Source: Nannocystales bacterium (lineage in GTDB: Bacteria; Myxococcota_A; Polyangia; Nannocystales; Nannocystaceae). Taken from it: 64,000 nucleotides of DNA. Shown one piece after another: positions 46,899 to 56,502 of the stretch. The stretch's first letter is position 1. Each line of letters begins with the position of its first letter. Below the pieces are notes generated by a model, which ran no database searches, was not told the origin of the DNA, and was given only the letters and a program-made list of their open reading frames with translations. The DNA is taken from contig JBOEGF010000004.1 of NCBI GenBank assembly GCA_050633305.1, positions 256,001-320,000 of the forward strand, read 5' to 3'. The translations under genes and the position numbers were made by a program.

Positions 46899-49379
46899 TT
46901 ACGGGATCCAGGACCACACCTGCAGTTCGACGAAACGGAACAGTTCCTGGGAGAAAGCCTCCCAGACGAGCAACGACGGCCCATCGAGCTTCGCATAGCC
47001 GCTCATACCGTTCTTGAGTCTTCCCTCGGGGTCGTCGAGCTTGGCGAGGACCTTGATGACGTTGCCGAAGGTCTTCTCGCTGACCACCCAATCGATCTGC
47101 ACCACCGTCCCTGTGAAGACCTCAGAGCTGTACGCGATCGAGCGCAGCCGTACGCGTGAACCGACCTCCACGTGCTCGGCCTCGGACTCCGGGATCTCTA
47201 TCTCCGCGGTCATCTGGCCCGACGCCTCGGCCATCGCGAACACTTCGCCCTGCGTGTAGTAGCTGTTCCCCTTCTCCCGGAGGAACATGGTCAGCAGTCG
47301 CCCGTCGAAGGGCATCAGCAACTCGCTGCGGCGGATGCGGTCGACGTACGCGTCTCGTTCGGCGTTCAACGTGGCCAGCTTGGCCTCGGCTTCCGCAACT
47401 TCGTACGGGGTCGGCCCCAGCCGCGCAACGGCGAGCTCGGCTCCCCGTTCGGACTTCTGTTGCTCATCCACCGCGACCTGCCGCAACGCGTCGTCGAGCT
47501 CTTCCGTCCCGACAACCCCCTGCTTGGCGAGAGACTCAACGCGCTTGAGCTGGATCCGACTGTACTTGGTGCGGGTCTTCTCCACGTCCAACGCCATCTT
47601 CGCGACGCGGACGTCTTCGGGACGAGGAAGGGCCGCAAGGTCGTCGAGGACGGCTCGCTGCTCGTCGATCTTCTTGTCGAGAATCGCGATCTGGGCCTGA
47701 GCGTCGTCGTTGGCCAGACGTGCGACGACGGTGCCTTTGGCGACCTCCTCTCCTCCGTCGAAGTAGACCTGTGCGATCCGCCCCGAGACGTCGGTTGTGA
47801 CCTCCTGCTGGAGGCTCGGATGGACCACGAACTCGCCGCCGGGTTGGTATGGATAGGGCAAGAACATCACGACGAAGAACGTGATGGTCGACGCTCGCCA
47901 CACGTACGCCGCGAACGTCTTCGGAGCCGGAACCTCGGGATCCGGCTCGTCTTCGTGGTGGACCCGCCGACGCCAGCGGTCGAACTGCACGGAGCGGTCG
48001 TAGGCCGCCTCAATGCGCCGCCCGTAGTTGACCATTCTCCGAATCAGCACGAATCCGACGACGGTCGCCACGATGATCGCGCTCCCGCCCAGTTGGAGCC
48101 GGTGCAGGACCGTCGCGATGAACACCGCTGCCCCGACCGCCAAGCTGAAGATGAAGACCGCGGTGACCACGGCGTATCCCACCAGCAGCAGTTCGTTGGC
48201 CTCCTGGAACACGCCGCCGCGGATCTTGCTGAGGAGCGTCTTGAACGCTTTTCCCCGCAACCGCGGCTCGTCCGAGAACGCACAGACCAGGTGGTAACCG
48301 CTGCCTTTGAGCAGCGGGTTGGCCGTGAACAGAAAACTGACCACCCCGGTCATCGATACGGCAAGCGCCAAGCTGGCAAGGTCCGGGTGCGAGCCTCGGA
48401 CCAGGTACCACAGGAAGATGCTGGCATCGAACAGCACGAGCCGGGCGATCAGCGGCGCGGCGTGTAGCCACATCCGCTCGGTTCGCGAGAGCTGGTCGAC
48501 GTAGCCGACCCGGATCACGAATCGTGGATAGACACGCATCACCAGCGCAAGACCGAAACCGTGCACGGTGGCTCGGAAGCGATGGGCCGCAGTGGCGGTG
48601 GTCCAGACCGCGCAAAGGTTGACCGTGAGGAGGCTGATGAGCCAGCGGTCGAACAGGTCCATCCCCCCGAGGAGGAGTCTCAGGTCATGCTCCAAAGCAG
48701 GCCGTTCCTGAGCGATCAGCGCGAACGCAGCGAGCAGCGTCAACGGCAGAAGCACGGTGACGAACCGCAGCGGGGCGAGCAGCGGAGACAGCCAGCGAAG
48801 CAGGAACGTCGGATTGAAGAACGTGACGGACCAGGGCGTCGTGCGGGCGTCGAAGTCCACCGCATCCTGCATTCCCGCCGGGAGAGTCTCGTCGGCCGCC
48901 GGAGAGTTGGCCGGAGCAGTCGGCCGCACCGCGCTGGCGGCCGCATCTTTGCTTGCCGCCGCAACCGGAGTGCCCGACTCTTCTGCGGCATCCGAATGAC
49001 GACGAACGACCGCCTCCCCTTCGACCACATCGTAGGTCTTCTTGGTGAAGCGTGAGAGCAGCGGGTGCGACCCCGCGGCATCGTTGAAGAGCCCCGCGTC
49101 AGCGAGCGCACCGAAGAACCCATTGAGCTGTTTGCGAGTGGGGCGCTGTCCGAACCGGTCCTCGAACACCGTGGCCAGCTTCGTCTCATCCTCGCAGCCG
49201 GGGAGCACCTCCAACGTGAAGAACTGCCACGGCTCGAAGTCGTGACTAGTGCCTCGGACGGTGTCGCGAACGACATAGCTCAGCGAGGCCCCCTTCCCCA
49301 GGCGGTAGGACATCAAGCGCTGGTGAAGAAACGCAGGGGTCGCGACGCGTTTGGGCGGGGTTTGTTGCTGCTCGGTCAT
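46899..49379 (-). CDS. Fusion of a PqqD-like N-terminus, a degenerate M50/site-2-protease-like membrane domain and a HlyD-family periplasmic adaptor
   Basis: Multiple TM helices and NPLLKGSGY. C-terminal VSGRIAQVYFDGGEEVAKGTVVARL lipoyl half, coiled coil, PFDG and LKNGMSGYAKL. Confidence 0.85.
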   Translation of the reverse strand: MTEQQQTPPKRVATPAFLHQRLMSYRLGKGASLSYVVRDTVRGTSHDFEPWQFFTLEVLPGCEDETKLATVFEDRFGQRPTRKQLNGFFGALADAGLFNDAAGSHPLLSRFTKKTYDVVEGEAVVRRHSDAAEESGTPVAAASKDAAASAVRPTAPANSPAADETLPAGMQDAVDFDARTTPWSVTFFNPTFLLRWLSPLLAPLRFVTVLLPLTLLAAFALIAQERPALEHDLRLLLGGMDLFDRWLISLLTVNLCAVWTTATAAHRFRATVHGFGLALVMRVYPRFVIRVGYVDQLSRTERMWLHAAPLIARLVLFDASIFLWYLVRGSHPDLASLALAVSMTGVVSFLFTANPLLKGSGYHLVCAFSDEPRLRGKAFKTLLSKIRGGVFQEANELLLVGYAVVTAVFIFSLAVGAAVFIATVLHRLQLGGSAIIVATVVGFVLIRRMVNYGRRIEAAYDRSVQFDRWRRRVHHEDEPDPEVPAPKTFAAYVWRASTITFFVVMFLPYPYQPGGEFVVHPSLQQEVTTDVSGRIAQVYFDGGEEVAKGTVVARLANDDAQAQIAILDKKIDEQRAVLDDLAALPRPEDVRVAKMALDVEKTRTKYSRIQLKRVESLAKQGVVGTEELDDALRQVAVDEQQKSERGAELAVARLGPTPYEVAEAEAKLATLNAERDAYVDRIRRSELLMPFDGRLLTMFLREKGNSYYTQGEVFAMAEASGQMTAEIEIPESEAEHVEVGSRVRLRSIAYSSEVFTGTVVQIDWVVSEKTFGNVIKVLAKLDDPEGRLKNGMSGYAKLDGPSLLVWEAFSQELFRFVELQVWSWIP

Positions 49380-49415
49380 GGCTTGCGCTCCCTTTCGTGG
49401 AGGTCGTTTCTGGGC

Positions 49416-49844
49416 TCACTCTTGTTCATCGAGCGGGTTCCGCCCCAGTGACTCGAAGGCGTAGTCTTCGATCTCTTTGATCTTGGTGTAGCGGTTGCGA
49501 AGCTCGCCCAGCACGGCCTCGAACCATCGGACCTGGTATTCGATGTTGCGCCGCTGAGCGACGATGTCCTCGAGAGGGGCGTTTCGTGGCGGCAGGCCGT
49601 GTTCGTCGAAGAGGAACTTGATGCCCTCGATGAGCTGGCGGTTCGTATTGAGGTGCTCGACCTGCTTTTCCAGGAACTTCTTGACCTTCTTGGCCTTGAA
49701 CTCCCGGATGACGGCGAGTCGCAGCGCACGCTGCCGTGGCGTGAGCGACTCGAGGTCTGGATGTGTGGTGACCGGACTCCCCTGAACCGGTCCCAGCTTC
49801 GTCCGCGTCCCGACGGGCGGCGCGTCGTCGTCTCGCTCACTCAT
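49416..49844 (-). CDS. Hypothetical coiled-coil protein (142 aa)
   Basis: ATGA overlap with the sulfotransferase stop; heptad-like helices. Confidence 0.75.
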   Translation of the reverse strand: MSERDDDAPPVGTRTKLGPVQGSPVTTHPDLESLTPRQRALRLAVIREFKAKKVKKFLEKQVEHLNTNRQLIEGIKFLFDEHGLPPRNAPLEDIVAQRRNIEYQVRWFEAVLGELRNRYTKIKEIEDYAFESLGRNPLDEQE

Positions 49845-50749
49845 GAGTAGCCGAACTCCTCTGCCAGAGCGACCACACGGGGGTGCAGGCCGCGGCCGTC
49901 GTCGCGCCAAGGAACGGGCTCGTCAAGCCGAGGCACCTTGACCTTGTGTGGTCGGAAGGTGGGCCCGCGAAGGAAGTTCGGGTCATTGCCGAACAACGCG
50001 GTCAGTGGACCAAAGCACGCGAACGGCGATCGTTCCGGGTGCATCATCTCGTCCACCGCCTCGGCATCGTCGCGCAGGCCCAGCCAGTTGCAGACCCGGG
50101 CGAGTTGCACGGGAGGGTCGGACATGACCTTCTCGCCTTGGAGTCGTAGTTTCCGTTCCGCAGGAATGGTGTCGAGGAAGTTCAGAATGTTGATATTGAG
50201 GTCGTGCCAGGCGAACTGCGGCTCGACCATTGCGCGGTCATCCTGAAACTCGATCGAGTTTGCAAAGAGGGCGAATGCCCCCTCGTTCATCTTCATGACG
50301 GACTTGCACTGCCCCACCGGGTGTCGCGTCAGGTGGACATACCGGGCGTTGGGGAACGCCTCTCGGATCCGCAACAGCCGCTCGATGTCGATGGTGTACG
50401 ACGGCGACTTCTCGACCGTCATCAGCGGGTCGACAGCGTCGACGATCTCCCGATAGACCTGGGCCGTGGTGTCCTCCTGCCGGGCCGCCGCCCAGTGGCC
50501 TGCCATGGCTACAGTCGCGCGGGTCTGCTCTCCCCCGTAGATTTCAGCCACCGCGCGCAGCAAGCCTTGTCGGGCCTGAGAGGCGTTGCTGATCTCATCC
50601 GTGTTCCGCACCCACATGTCCTTGAGGATTTGCCCGTTGAACAGGCACAGCTCCGGCAGACCGTAGGCCTGGGGATGCTGGCCCAACATCGCATTGATGA
50701 GCGAGGTGTACGAGCGCGGGGGCGCAAGCAGAAACAACGGGGCGGCCAT
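49841..50749 (-). CDS. PAPS-dependent sulfotransferase
   Basis: LAPPRSYTSLINAMLGQHP (5'-PSB loop), EKSP, and FPNARYVHLTRHP...S (3'-PB). ATG 50749. Confidence 0.9.
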   Translation of the reverse strand: MAAPLFLLAPPRSYTSLINAMLGQHPQAYGLPELCLFNGQILKDMWVRNTDEISNASQARQGLLRAVAEIYGGEQTRATVAMAGHWAAARQEDTTAQVYREIVDAVDPLMTVEKSPSYTIDIERLLRIREAFPNARYVHLTRHPVGQCKSVMKMNEGAFALFANSIEFQDDRAMVEPQFAWHDLNINILNFLDTIPAERKLRLQGEKVMSDPPVQLARVCNWLGLRDDAEAVDEMMHPERSPFACFGPLTALFGNDPNFLRGPTFRPHKVKVPRLDEPVPWRDDGRGLHPRVVALAEEFGYS

Positions 50750-50775
50750 CGGGGAGACTCGTCTCGGTACGTATC

Positions 50776-51609
50776 CTAGGTGCGCGCGCCCTCGACGTAG
50801 GGAACTTCGAAACACTTGGGGTGCATGATCGGGCCGTGCCCGAAGTACCCCTCTTCGCCGAACAGTTCGCCGTGGTCCGCCGTCACGATGAAGCGGGTCC
50901 CCACGGGCACCTTCTCCATCAACTCCCCAATCTTCTTGTCGACATACTCCACACACGTGACCTGCTGTCGGTGCAACGACTCGAAACGCTCGGGGGTGAA
51001 GAAATCCAGAGCACCCGTCGTCGCGACCTTGCTTGCGGCCTGAGCCCCCATTTGCTTGAGTGCACCGTGGACCCCCGAAACGTGTGGGAGGTCCTCCCCC
51101 GACAACATGTACGGGTAGTGCGTCTCCCCGAGGTTGAGGAAGTAGTAGTTCGGCTCGTCGGGGTCACACTCGATGTCCTCGATCATTCCCGCGAAGTCGT
51201 TGTGGTTCGGGCGAAGCTCGTACGCATCGAAGTGCTGGTTGAGCAGCGTGTGCTGGTTGAGCACGGGCATCGACACCATCGCGTGGGTCACGTACCCCAG
51301 GTTGGTGAGCGCCTTGGGAAGCGACAGCTCCGGCAAAAAATCGCGAAACTCCACGTCGGCCCGGCCCGTTCGCTCCCGCCAGTGTGCGTACTCGTCCTTG
51401 TACACCTCGGACGCCATCACGCCGCTGGGACTGGTGTGGGGCATGAGTCCCATCGCAAATGTGTAGTGCGAGGGGGCGGTCCAAGAAGCGTACGCGTAGC
51501 GTTTCTCCGCCTCGCCGAGACGGTCGATGTTGGGGGTGTGTGCCCGCTCGAACGAGTCGAACCGGCAGCTATCCATCACGATGAAGATGATCGAGTTCAT
51601 ATCGTTCAT
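50776..51609 (-). CDS. Sulfatase-like alkaline-phosphatase-superfamily enzyme (Thr at the nucleophile position)
   Basis: IVMDSCRFD, TPNIDRL, ASWTAPSH, ETHYPY, TADHGELFGE and GHG. ATG 51609. Confidence 0.88.
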   Translation of the reverse strand: MNDMNSIIFIVMDSCRFDSFERAHTPNIDRLGEAEKRYAYASWTAPSHYTFAMGLMPHTSPSGVMASEVYKDEYAHWRERTGRADVEFRDFLPELSLPKALTNLGYVTHAMVSMPVLNQHTLLNQHFDAYELRPNHNDFAGMIEDIECDPDEPNYYFLNLGETHYPYMLSGEDLPHVSGVHGALKQMGAQAASKVATTGALDFFTPERFESLHRQQVTCVEYVDKKIGELMEKVPVGTRFIVTADHGELFGEEGYFGHGPIMHPKCFEVPYVEGART

Positions 51610-52535
51610 AACAACTCCAGGGTCCGCAGGAATGCGTCGACAGTCTCGGTATAGCTGCCCTGGGCGCCCAGCTCCGAGTTGAGTTCGCGGTGGGAGAGGT
51701 CGACCTCCGAAACCCGAGCACGGCCCCCGAGTTCGTCGATCTTCTCCGCGAAGGCCCGCGCCTGGCCGCAGGACGCGAGGCGCTGACTCGAGCAAACCAG
51801 CAACATCGGGGCGGGTGCGGCACGCAACCGGTGCCACGGGGACGCGGCCCGCCACTGCGCGGGGTCGTCGGAGAAGACCCGGTCGTAGAAGGGAAAGTGC
51901 CGGCGATTCATGACGCGCTCCACGTTGAGGGCTGCGCTGTCGAGCGCCACGGTTCCGAGCCAAGGCTTTGCACCCTGTTCGGATGCCAACGAAGGGTCGG
52001 CGGCAAGGAGTGCGACGAGGTGTGCGCCCGAGGAATGCCCGAGGAGGACGGTGCGCTGTGCATCGCCGCCCCACCCCTGCGCGTGCTCTTGGACGTATGC
52101 CAGTGCACGCGCGACGTCCTTCGCCTGTCTCAACGGGTCGGGTGGCAGAAGCTGGTAGTTCACGGATACGACGACGAACCCGTGCCCGACCAGGTGCTTT
52201 GCCTTCCGCGAGATGAACGCAGGCTCGGCCTTGTCCCCCTTCTGCCACGCTCCCCCATGCACGAGCACGGCGACAGGTGCTTCGGAGGCGTCTGCAGGTC
52301 GGTAGACGTCGAGACGATCGGCCGCGCCCGGGCCGTACTCGACGTCCTTGAGGACTCGGTCACCCGAGAGTTGCGTCGCGGGTGCTTCGCTCTTGTTGCT
52401 CATCGTGTTGTCGGCACAAGCGGGGAGGAACTCCATGCAGCCGGCGAGACTGGTGAGCCCCAAGCCGAGGAGAACGAGATTGACGGCGCGGCCGCGCGTC
52501 GAGGGCTCAAACGGAACGCGCAAGGAACACCTCAC
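51606..52535 (-). CDS. Alpha/beta-hydrolase (HSL-like esterase), probable lipoprotein
   Basis: LDVYRP, VHGGAW, SVNYQL and GHSSG; lipobox LAGC. Confidence 0.88.
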   Translation of the reverse strand: MRCSLRVPFEPSTRGRAVNLVLLGLGLTSLAGCMEFLPACADNTMSNKSEAPATQLSGDRVLKDVEYGPGAADRLDVYRPADASEAPVAVLVHGGAWQKGDKAEPAFISRKAKHLVGHGFVVVSVNYQLLPPDPLRQAKDVARALAYVQEHAQGWGGDAQRTVLLGHSSGAHLVALLAADPSLASEQGAKPWLGTVALDSAALNVERVMNRRHFPFYDRVFSDDPAQWRAASPWHRLRAAPAPMLLVCSSQRLASCGQARAFAEKIDELGGRARVSEVDLSHRELNSELGAQGSYTETVDAFLRTLELL

Positions 52536-53982
52536 AACCCCCGCGGGGGTTCGGCTCGTATTGAGTGCCGTTGATCGGCATGATCTTCGGCCCGAAGGGG
52601 TTCGCAGTGCCCAGGAACAGGCCGTGGTGGGTGGAGATCAGGGTGCGCAGCCCAATGTTGTACGGGTTGGACATTCCGCTCGTCGTGACCGGCACCCAGT
52701 TCTCACCATCGTAGCTTCGATACAGGTCGAAGCCCGAGTGATGGTCCAGGACCATCTGAGGGCCGACGTGGTTCATGATGTTGACGAACGGTTCAGGCCA
52801 CGACGAGCGGTTCGCGTACCCCATCAACGCGCTCCAATCGAAGGTCCCCATGTACAGCCACCCCTCGTGCTCGCACATTCGCCAGAAATAGCCATTGAAG
52901 AAGTTGTCGAACCCCGGCAGGTAACCCGACAGCGCTCGTTTGTAGCCATCTGGGGTGTCGCGTGAGTCGCCGACCAGAAGGTCCCAACTCTTGTCGGGGT
53001 GAATCCTGATCATCTCTGGCGGAGCCGGGCCGACGTTGTTCTGTCGGTCGATGCCACCGCCTTGAATCGCGCTGCCGACGTAGAGTGCCCCTTTGAACGG
53101 GTACATGCTGAGCACGCACTGGTTCAGGGGGCCGCGCCACGCTCCATGTTCGATGACCCGCTCCCAACGGTACGGCGGGGTCCCGCAGAGGTCGCTGCGC
53201 CAGACCTGGAACCCCTTGAGGTTGAACGTCCCCACGTACAGGTGTTCGCCCATGCCCGCCATCTCGAACACGGTGAGGTTGCCCGGATCGCCGAACCCGA
53301 AATCACTGACCGGCTCCCATCCACCGCGCTCCGGAGCCCGGCTTTCATACACGACGGAGTGCGCGGACACGTTGGGGTTGCCGCCCCGAGACCCGGCAGG
53401 CGTGGTGAACATCCGCCCCTTGAAGGAGACCATGGTGCGAATGGTCGTGACCGGCAGGCCAATGAGACCCGGCTCGCAGCTCGGTTTGAACGTGAGACCG
53501 TCCTCCGAGCACAACAGGAGGGGGCCTGGACCCTTTGCGGGAGACCAGGTCGACACGAACAGCCGCGGGGGCTCTTCTGGGCTCGAGCGATGCACGATCA
53601 TGCCCCGGAAGCCGAGCGACCGTGGGATCTTCTTCCCGTGGCTCCCCACGATCAGCGGTGCCTTGAACACCCGGGTCCAGCTGTCGGCGCCGATGTCATA
53701 CCGCCAGATCTCAGCCCGAAGATCGAGCGAGAACGGGTTCTGGGGGCACTCGACCGGCCACACGTCCATGCCGATCGGAAGTTTTCTCTTCATCAGCGGG
53801 AAGTTGCCCCGCGTCGTGGCCACGTAGAGGTAGCCGCGAAACCACGCCATCGAGTGCGCGTATGCGTTGACCCCATCTCCGAACCCGCGGCGCGCGATGA
53901 GGCGGAAGTCTCGCTCGTGCAAGCCGCGTGGCGGGCCCATCCGCTGCACCCGTCCGGAGAACTGAGACCAAGCCTCGGTCAT
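52507..53982 (-). CDS. Hypothetical predicted beta-propeller protein
   Basis: ATG 53982 with ATGA overlap. Repeated GFG-x-x-x-N...M-x-x-F-x-G-x-LYVGT blades. Confidence 0.8.
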   Translation of the reverse strand: MTEAWSQFSGRVQRMGPPRGLHERDFRLIARRGFGDGVNAYAHSMAWFRGYLYVATTRGNFPLMKRKLPIGMDVWPVECPQNPFSLDLRAEIWRYDIGADSWTRVFKAPLIVGSHGKKIPRSLGFRGMIVHRSSPEEPPRLFVSTWSPAKGPGPLLLCSEDGLTFKPSCEPGLIGLPVTTIRTMVSFKGRMFTTPAGSRGGNPNVSAHSVVYESRAPERGGWEPVSDFGFGDPGNLTVFEMAGMGEHLYVGTFNLKGFQVWRSDLCGTPPYRWERVIEHGAWRGPLNQCVLSMYPFKGALYVGSAIQGGGIDRQNNVGPAPPEMIRIHPDKSWDLLVGDSRDTPDGYKRALSGYLPGFDNFFNGYFWRMCEHEGWLYMGTFDWSALMGYANRSSWPEPFVNIMNHVGPQMVLDHHSGFDLYRSYDGENWVPVTTSGMSNPYNIGLRTLISTHHGLFLGTANPFGPKIMPINGTQYEPNPRGGCEVFLARSV

Positions 53983-54905
53983 GTCAGCGCCAGCCTCGTC
54001 ATGCTGGTGAACGAGGTCTGCGCGTAGGCCTCGGTGTTCCCTGCTTCGAGCCAATCCCAGAAGACCGAGCACGCTGCGATCACCGCGTCGGCTCTGGACG
54101 TCGGGAAGAAGTGCCCGGCCTCCGGCAGCGTGAACGACTTTGCCTGGGGCCACGCACTACGCAGGAAGTCCTGCGTGAGACGAGCCTTGGACCGCTCCCC
54201 GTACATCGCAAGCGCGGGAAAGTGCATGTTCTCAAAGCTCGACGCGGTCAGACCATCCGGAGCCCGCAACTCGGCCGCGCCGCGCTCCGCGACGTCGAGC
54301 CACCGCTGCGCTGTTCGCCGAGGGTGCCGCCCCAGCGATGGACCGACCAGCGAGATGAGCTCTGGGGGAAGCGTCTTGCCCGCGACGATGATCCGGGCGG
54401 CGCAGGTCAACAACTCGAACCCGAAGAAGGGGGAACGAACATCGACCTTGAGCCCCAGCTTGGTCAACACTGCCTCCACCACAGCCCCGTGAGGCCACGC
54501 CCTGCCTGCCCCCGCGAGACGGCCGAGCCACAGCTGCGTGTCGGCCAAGACCATGCTTGCCACAGCGGCCGGATCGTCCGCGGCCAGGGCCAAGGCAACA
54601 GCCCCCCCGAAGCTGTGCGCCATGAAGTGCGCACGCTCGATCTCCAGGTGGTGCATCAACCCCCGAAGATCACGAGCCTGGTTGCGGACGGTGTACCCCG
54701 ACTCCGTGATCTCCGAGCGCCCGTGGCCGCGGAGGTCGAACAATGTCACCCGATACCGCGAGGAGAACTCTGGCCCGTATGGCAGGTACCAAAACGCCAG
54801 CGAGGTCGCCAAGCCGTGGACCATGATGAGGTCCTCCGCGTTGGGGTCCGTGCAGGGAAGCTGCACATAGTTCAGGCGTGCGCCGTTGATCCTCGCGGTC
54901 GGCAT
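53979..54905 (-). CDS. Alpha/beta-hydrolase (candidate thioesterase)
   Basis: VHGL, FDLRGHGRS, AHSFGG nucleophile elbow, AGHFFP. Confidence 0.88.
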   Translation of the reverse strand: MPTARINGARLNYVQLPCTDPNAEDLIMVHGLATSLAFWYLPYGPEFSSRYRVTLFDLRGHGRSEITESGYTVRNQARDLRGLMHHLEIERAHFMAHSFGGAVALALAADDPAAVASMVLADTQLWLGRLAGAGRAWPHGAVVEAVLTKLGLKVDVRSPFFGFELLTCAARIIVAGKTLPPELISLVGPSLGRHPRRTAQRWLDVAERGAAELRAPDGLTASSFENMHFPALAMYGERSKARLTQDFLRSAWPQAKSFTLPEAGHFFPTSRADAVIAACSVFWDWLEAGNTEAYAQTSFTSMTRLALT

Positions 54906-54909
54906 CGTC

Positions 54910-56502
54910 TTACTCCACGTAGCCCAGCATCTGCAGCTGAGCCATGATCTGGTCCTTGTCGTCGGAGGACATCGACCCGGCGGTCTCGTTTCGTGCGGCG
55001 TGCTGCGTCGATGCTCCGATGGTCACAGGGTGAGCCATGAGGTGGTCATCGGTGTACATCTCCGTGGGGACCTTGCCTTCGAAGTCCGAGGGCACGTCCA
55101 GGCCCAAGCTGTGCACCAGCGTCGCGCCAACGTCGACGATGTTGCGCCGTGGCAACAGAGCTCCGGGTCGAATCCCAGGCCCGTAGGCGATGAAGATGCC
55201 ATCGGGGTGGTGCGTTCCTGCGATCGAGGGCCGGGGTTCTACGGCTGGTTCCTTGTTCTTGATGGAGACGAACCCGTGGTCCCGCAACACGAGCAACAGG
55301 TCGGGCGCGCTCTCCATGGCCTCTCCGGGGAAGACCTCCTCTCGGCGGTGGATCTCGGTGACGATCCGCTCTCCGGAGGCGGGGTCGCGGAAGTCCTCGA
55401 GGTCCGCGATCAGCCGGTCGCGAAGGGCTTCGTAGTTTGCCGGGTCGACCCCCTGCTTGCCCGGGCCGTCGGCGACCCGGATCGTGATGCCGTTGCTGGA
55501 GGGCGTTCCGCAGTAGGCGACCGTTCGCTCCCAGTCGAGGTAGGCGAACATGCTGTCCTCGCGGCGACGACCCGCCTCTGTCTTGGGAACGTCGACCCAG
55601 TGCAGGTAGCCGCGCTCGGCGAGGAACGTGTTGATCCGGACCACCTCATCGGTCGCGGTGAACCCGTGGTCCGAGGCCAAGAAGACGTTCGTGTCCGGCC
55701 CCGCCTTGGTCACGAGCCGCTCAATGAACGTGTCGAGCTGCCGGAAGTAGTCCAGGCATAGCGTCCGCATCCGCTGGTGGTACTCGCTGAGCTCTCCTCC
55801 TTGCTGGGCAGGGTCGAGGTACAGCCAAGCCTGGTGCTGGAGCTTGTCGACCCCGTCGAACATGACTGCCATGAGTTCGGGCGCCTCGTTCTCGAGCAGA
55901 TGCTCTGCGATTCGGAACCACTGCATCTCACGGGGCAAGTGGTACCGAATCCACCCCTCTCGGTCGTCGTCGGAGAGCTCGTCGAGCGCCTGTTTCTCCT
56001 GCTCGAAGTCCCAGGCGAGTTCCTTGGGGTTGAAGTCCGGGATCTTCTTGAGCTCGTCGTAGAACTTCTTGGGCGCGCAGTTGCGACGCAGGTGCCGCCA
56101 CGGAACGAACCCCGGGACCATGAATCCGTTGAGGTCGGCCGGCGGAGGTGCCGTGAACGGGAAGTTCAGGGCTGCGACCCGCTGGTCCTGCCGGCTGATG
56201 ATCGACCAGATCGTCTCCACCCGACAGTCGCGTGAGTCGTAGAGGGTGAAGAACACGTCGTTGTCCGTCTCCTCGGCGCGGATGAAGTCGAACACACCGT
56301 GATGACCAGGGCTGCGGCCTGTCATCAAAGAAACCCACGCCGGGGGCGTCAGGGGGTTGGGTGTGGAGCGCAACTCCGCACGCGAGCCCTCCGCGAGCAG
56401 CTTTGCCATGAACGGCATGACCGGCTCGGAGCCGTGGGTGAGGTCGTCCAGGACGGTGAAGGTTGCGCCGTCGAGGCCAATGAACAAGGTCTTGGTGGTC
56501 AT
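54910..56502 (-). CDS. Type I phosphodiesterase / nucleotide pyrophosphatase-family protein (alkaline phosphatase superfamily)
   Basis: IGLDGAT, PLTPPAWVSLMTG...HGVFDF, DKLQH, SDHGF, GTHHPDG and C-terminal LQMLGYVE. ATG 56502. Confidence 0.9.
   Translation of the reverse strand: MTTKTLFIGLDGATFTVLDDLTHGSEPVMPFMAKLLAEGSRAELRSTPNPLTPPAWVSLMTGRSPGHHGVFDFIRAEETDNDVFFTLYDSRDCRVETIWSIISRQDQRVAALNFPFTAPPPADLNGFMVPGFVPWRHLRRNCAPKKFYDELKKIPDFNPKELAWDFEQEKQALDELSDDDREGWIRYHLPREMQWFRIAEHLLENEAPELMAVMFDGVDKLQHQAWLYLDPAQQGGELSEYHQRMRTLCLDYFRQLDTFIERLVTKAGPDTNVFLASDHGFTATDEVVRINTFLAERGYLHWVDVPKTEAGRRREDSMFAYLDWERTVAYCGTPSSNGITIRVADGPGKQGVDPANYEALRDRLIADLEDFRDPASGERIVTEIHRREEVFPGEAMESAPDLLLVLRDHGFVSIKNKEPAVEPRPSIAGTHHPDGIFIAYGPGIRPGALLPRRNIVDVGATLVHSLGLDVPSDFEGKVPTEMYTDDHLMAHPVTIGASTQHAARNETAGSMSSDDKDQIMAQLQMLGYVE

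Noticed and set aside
46482..46996. Small ORFs between the HlyD fusion and the globin (possible precursor peptide for the PqqD-like domain)
   Set aside because: They overlap neighbouring genes, have no clear RBS and show no leader/core pattern.
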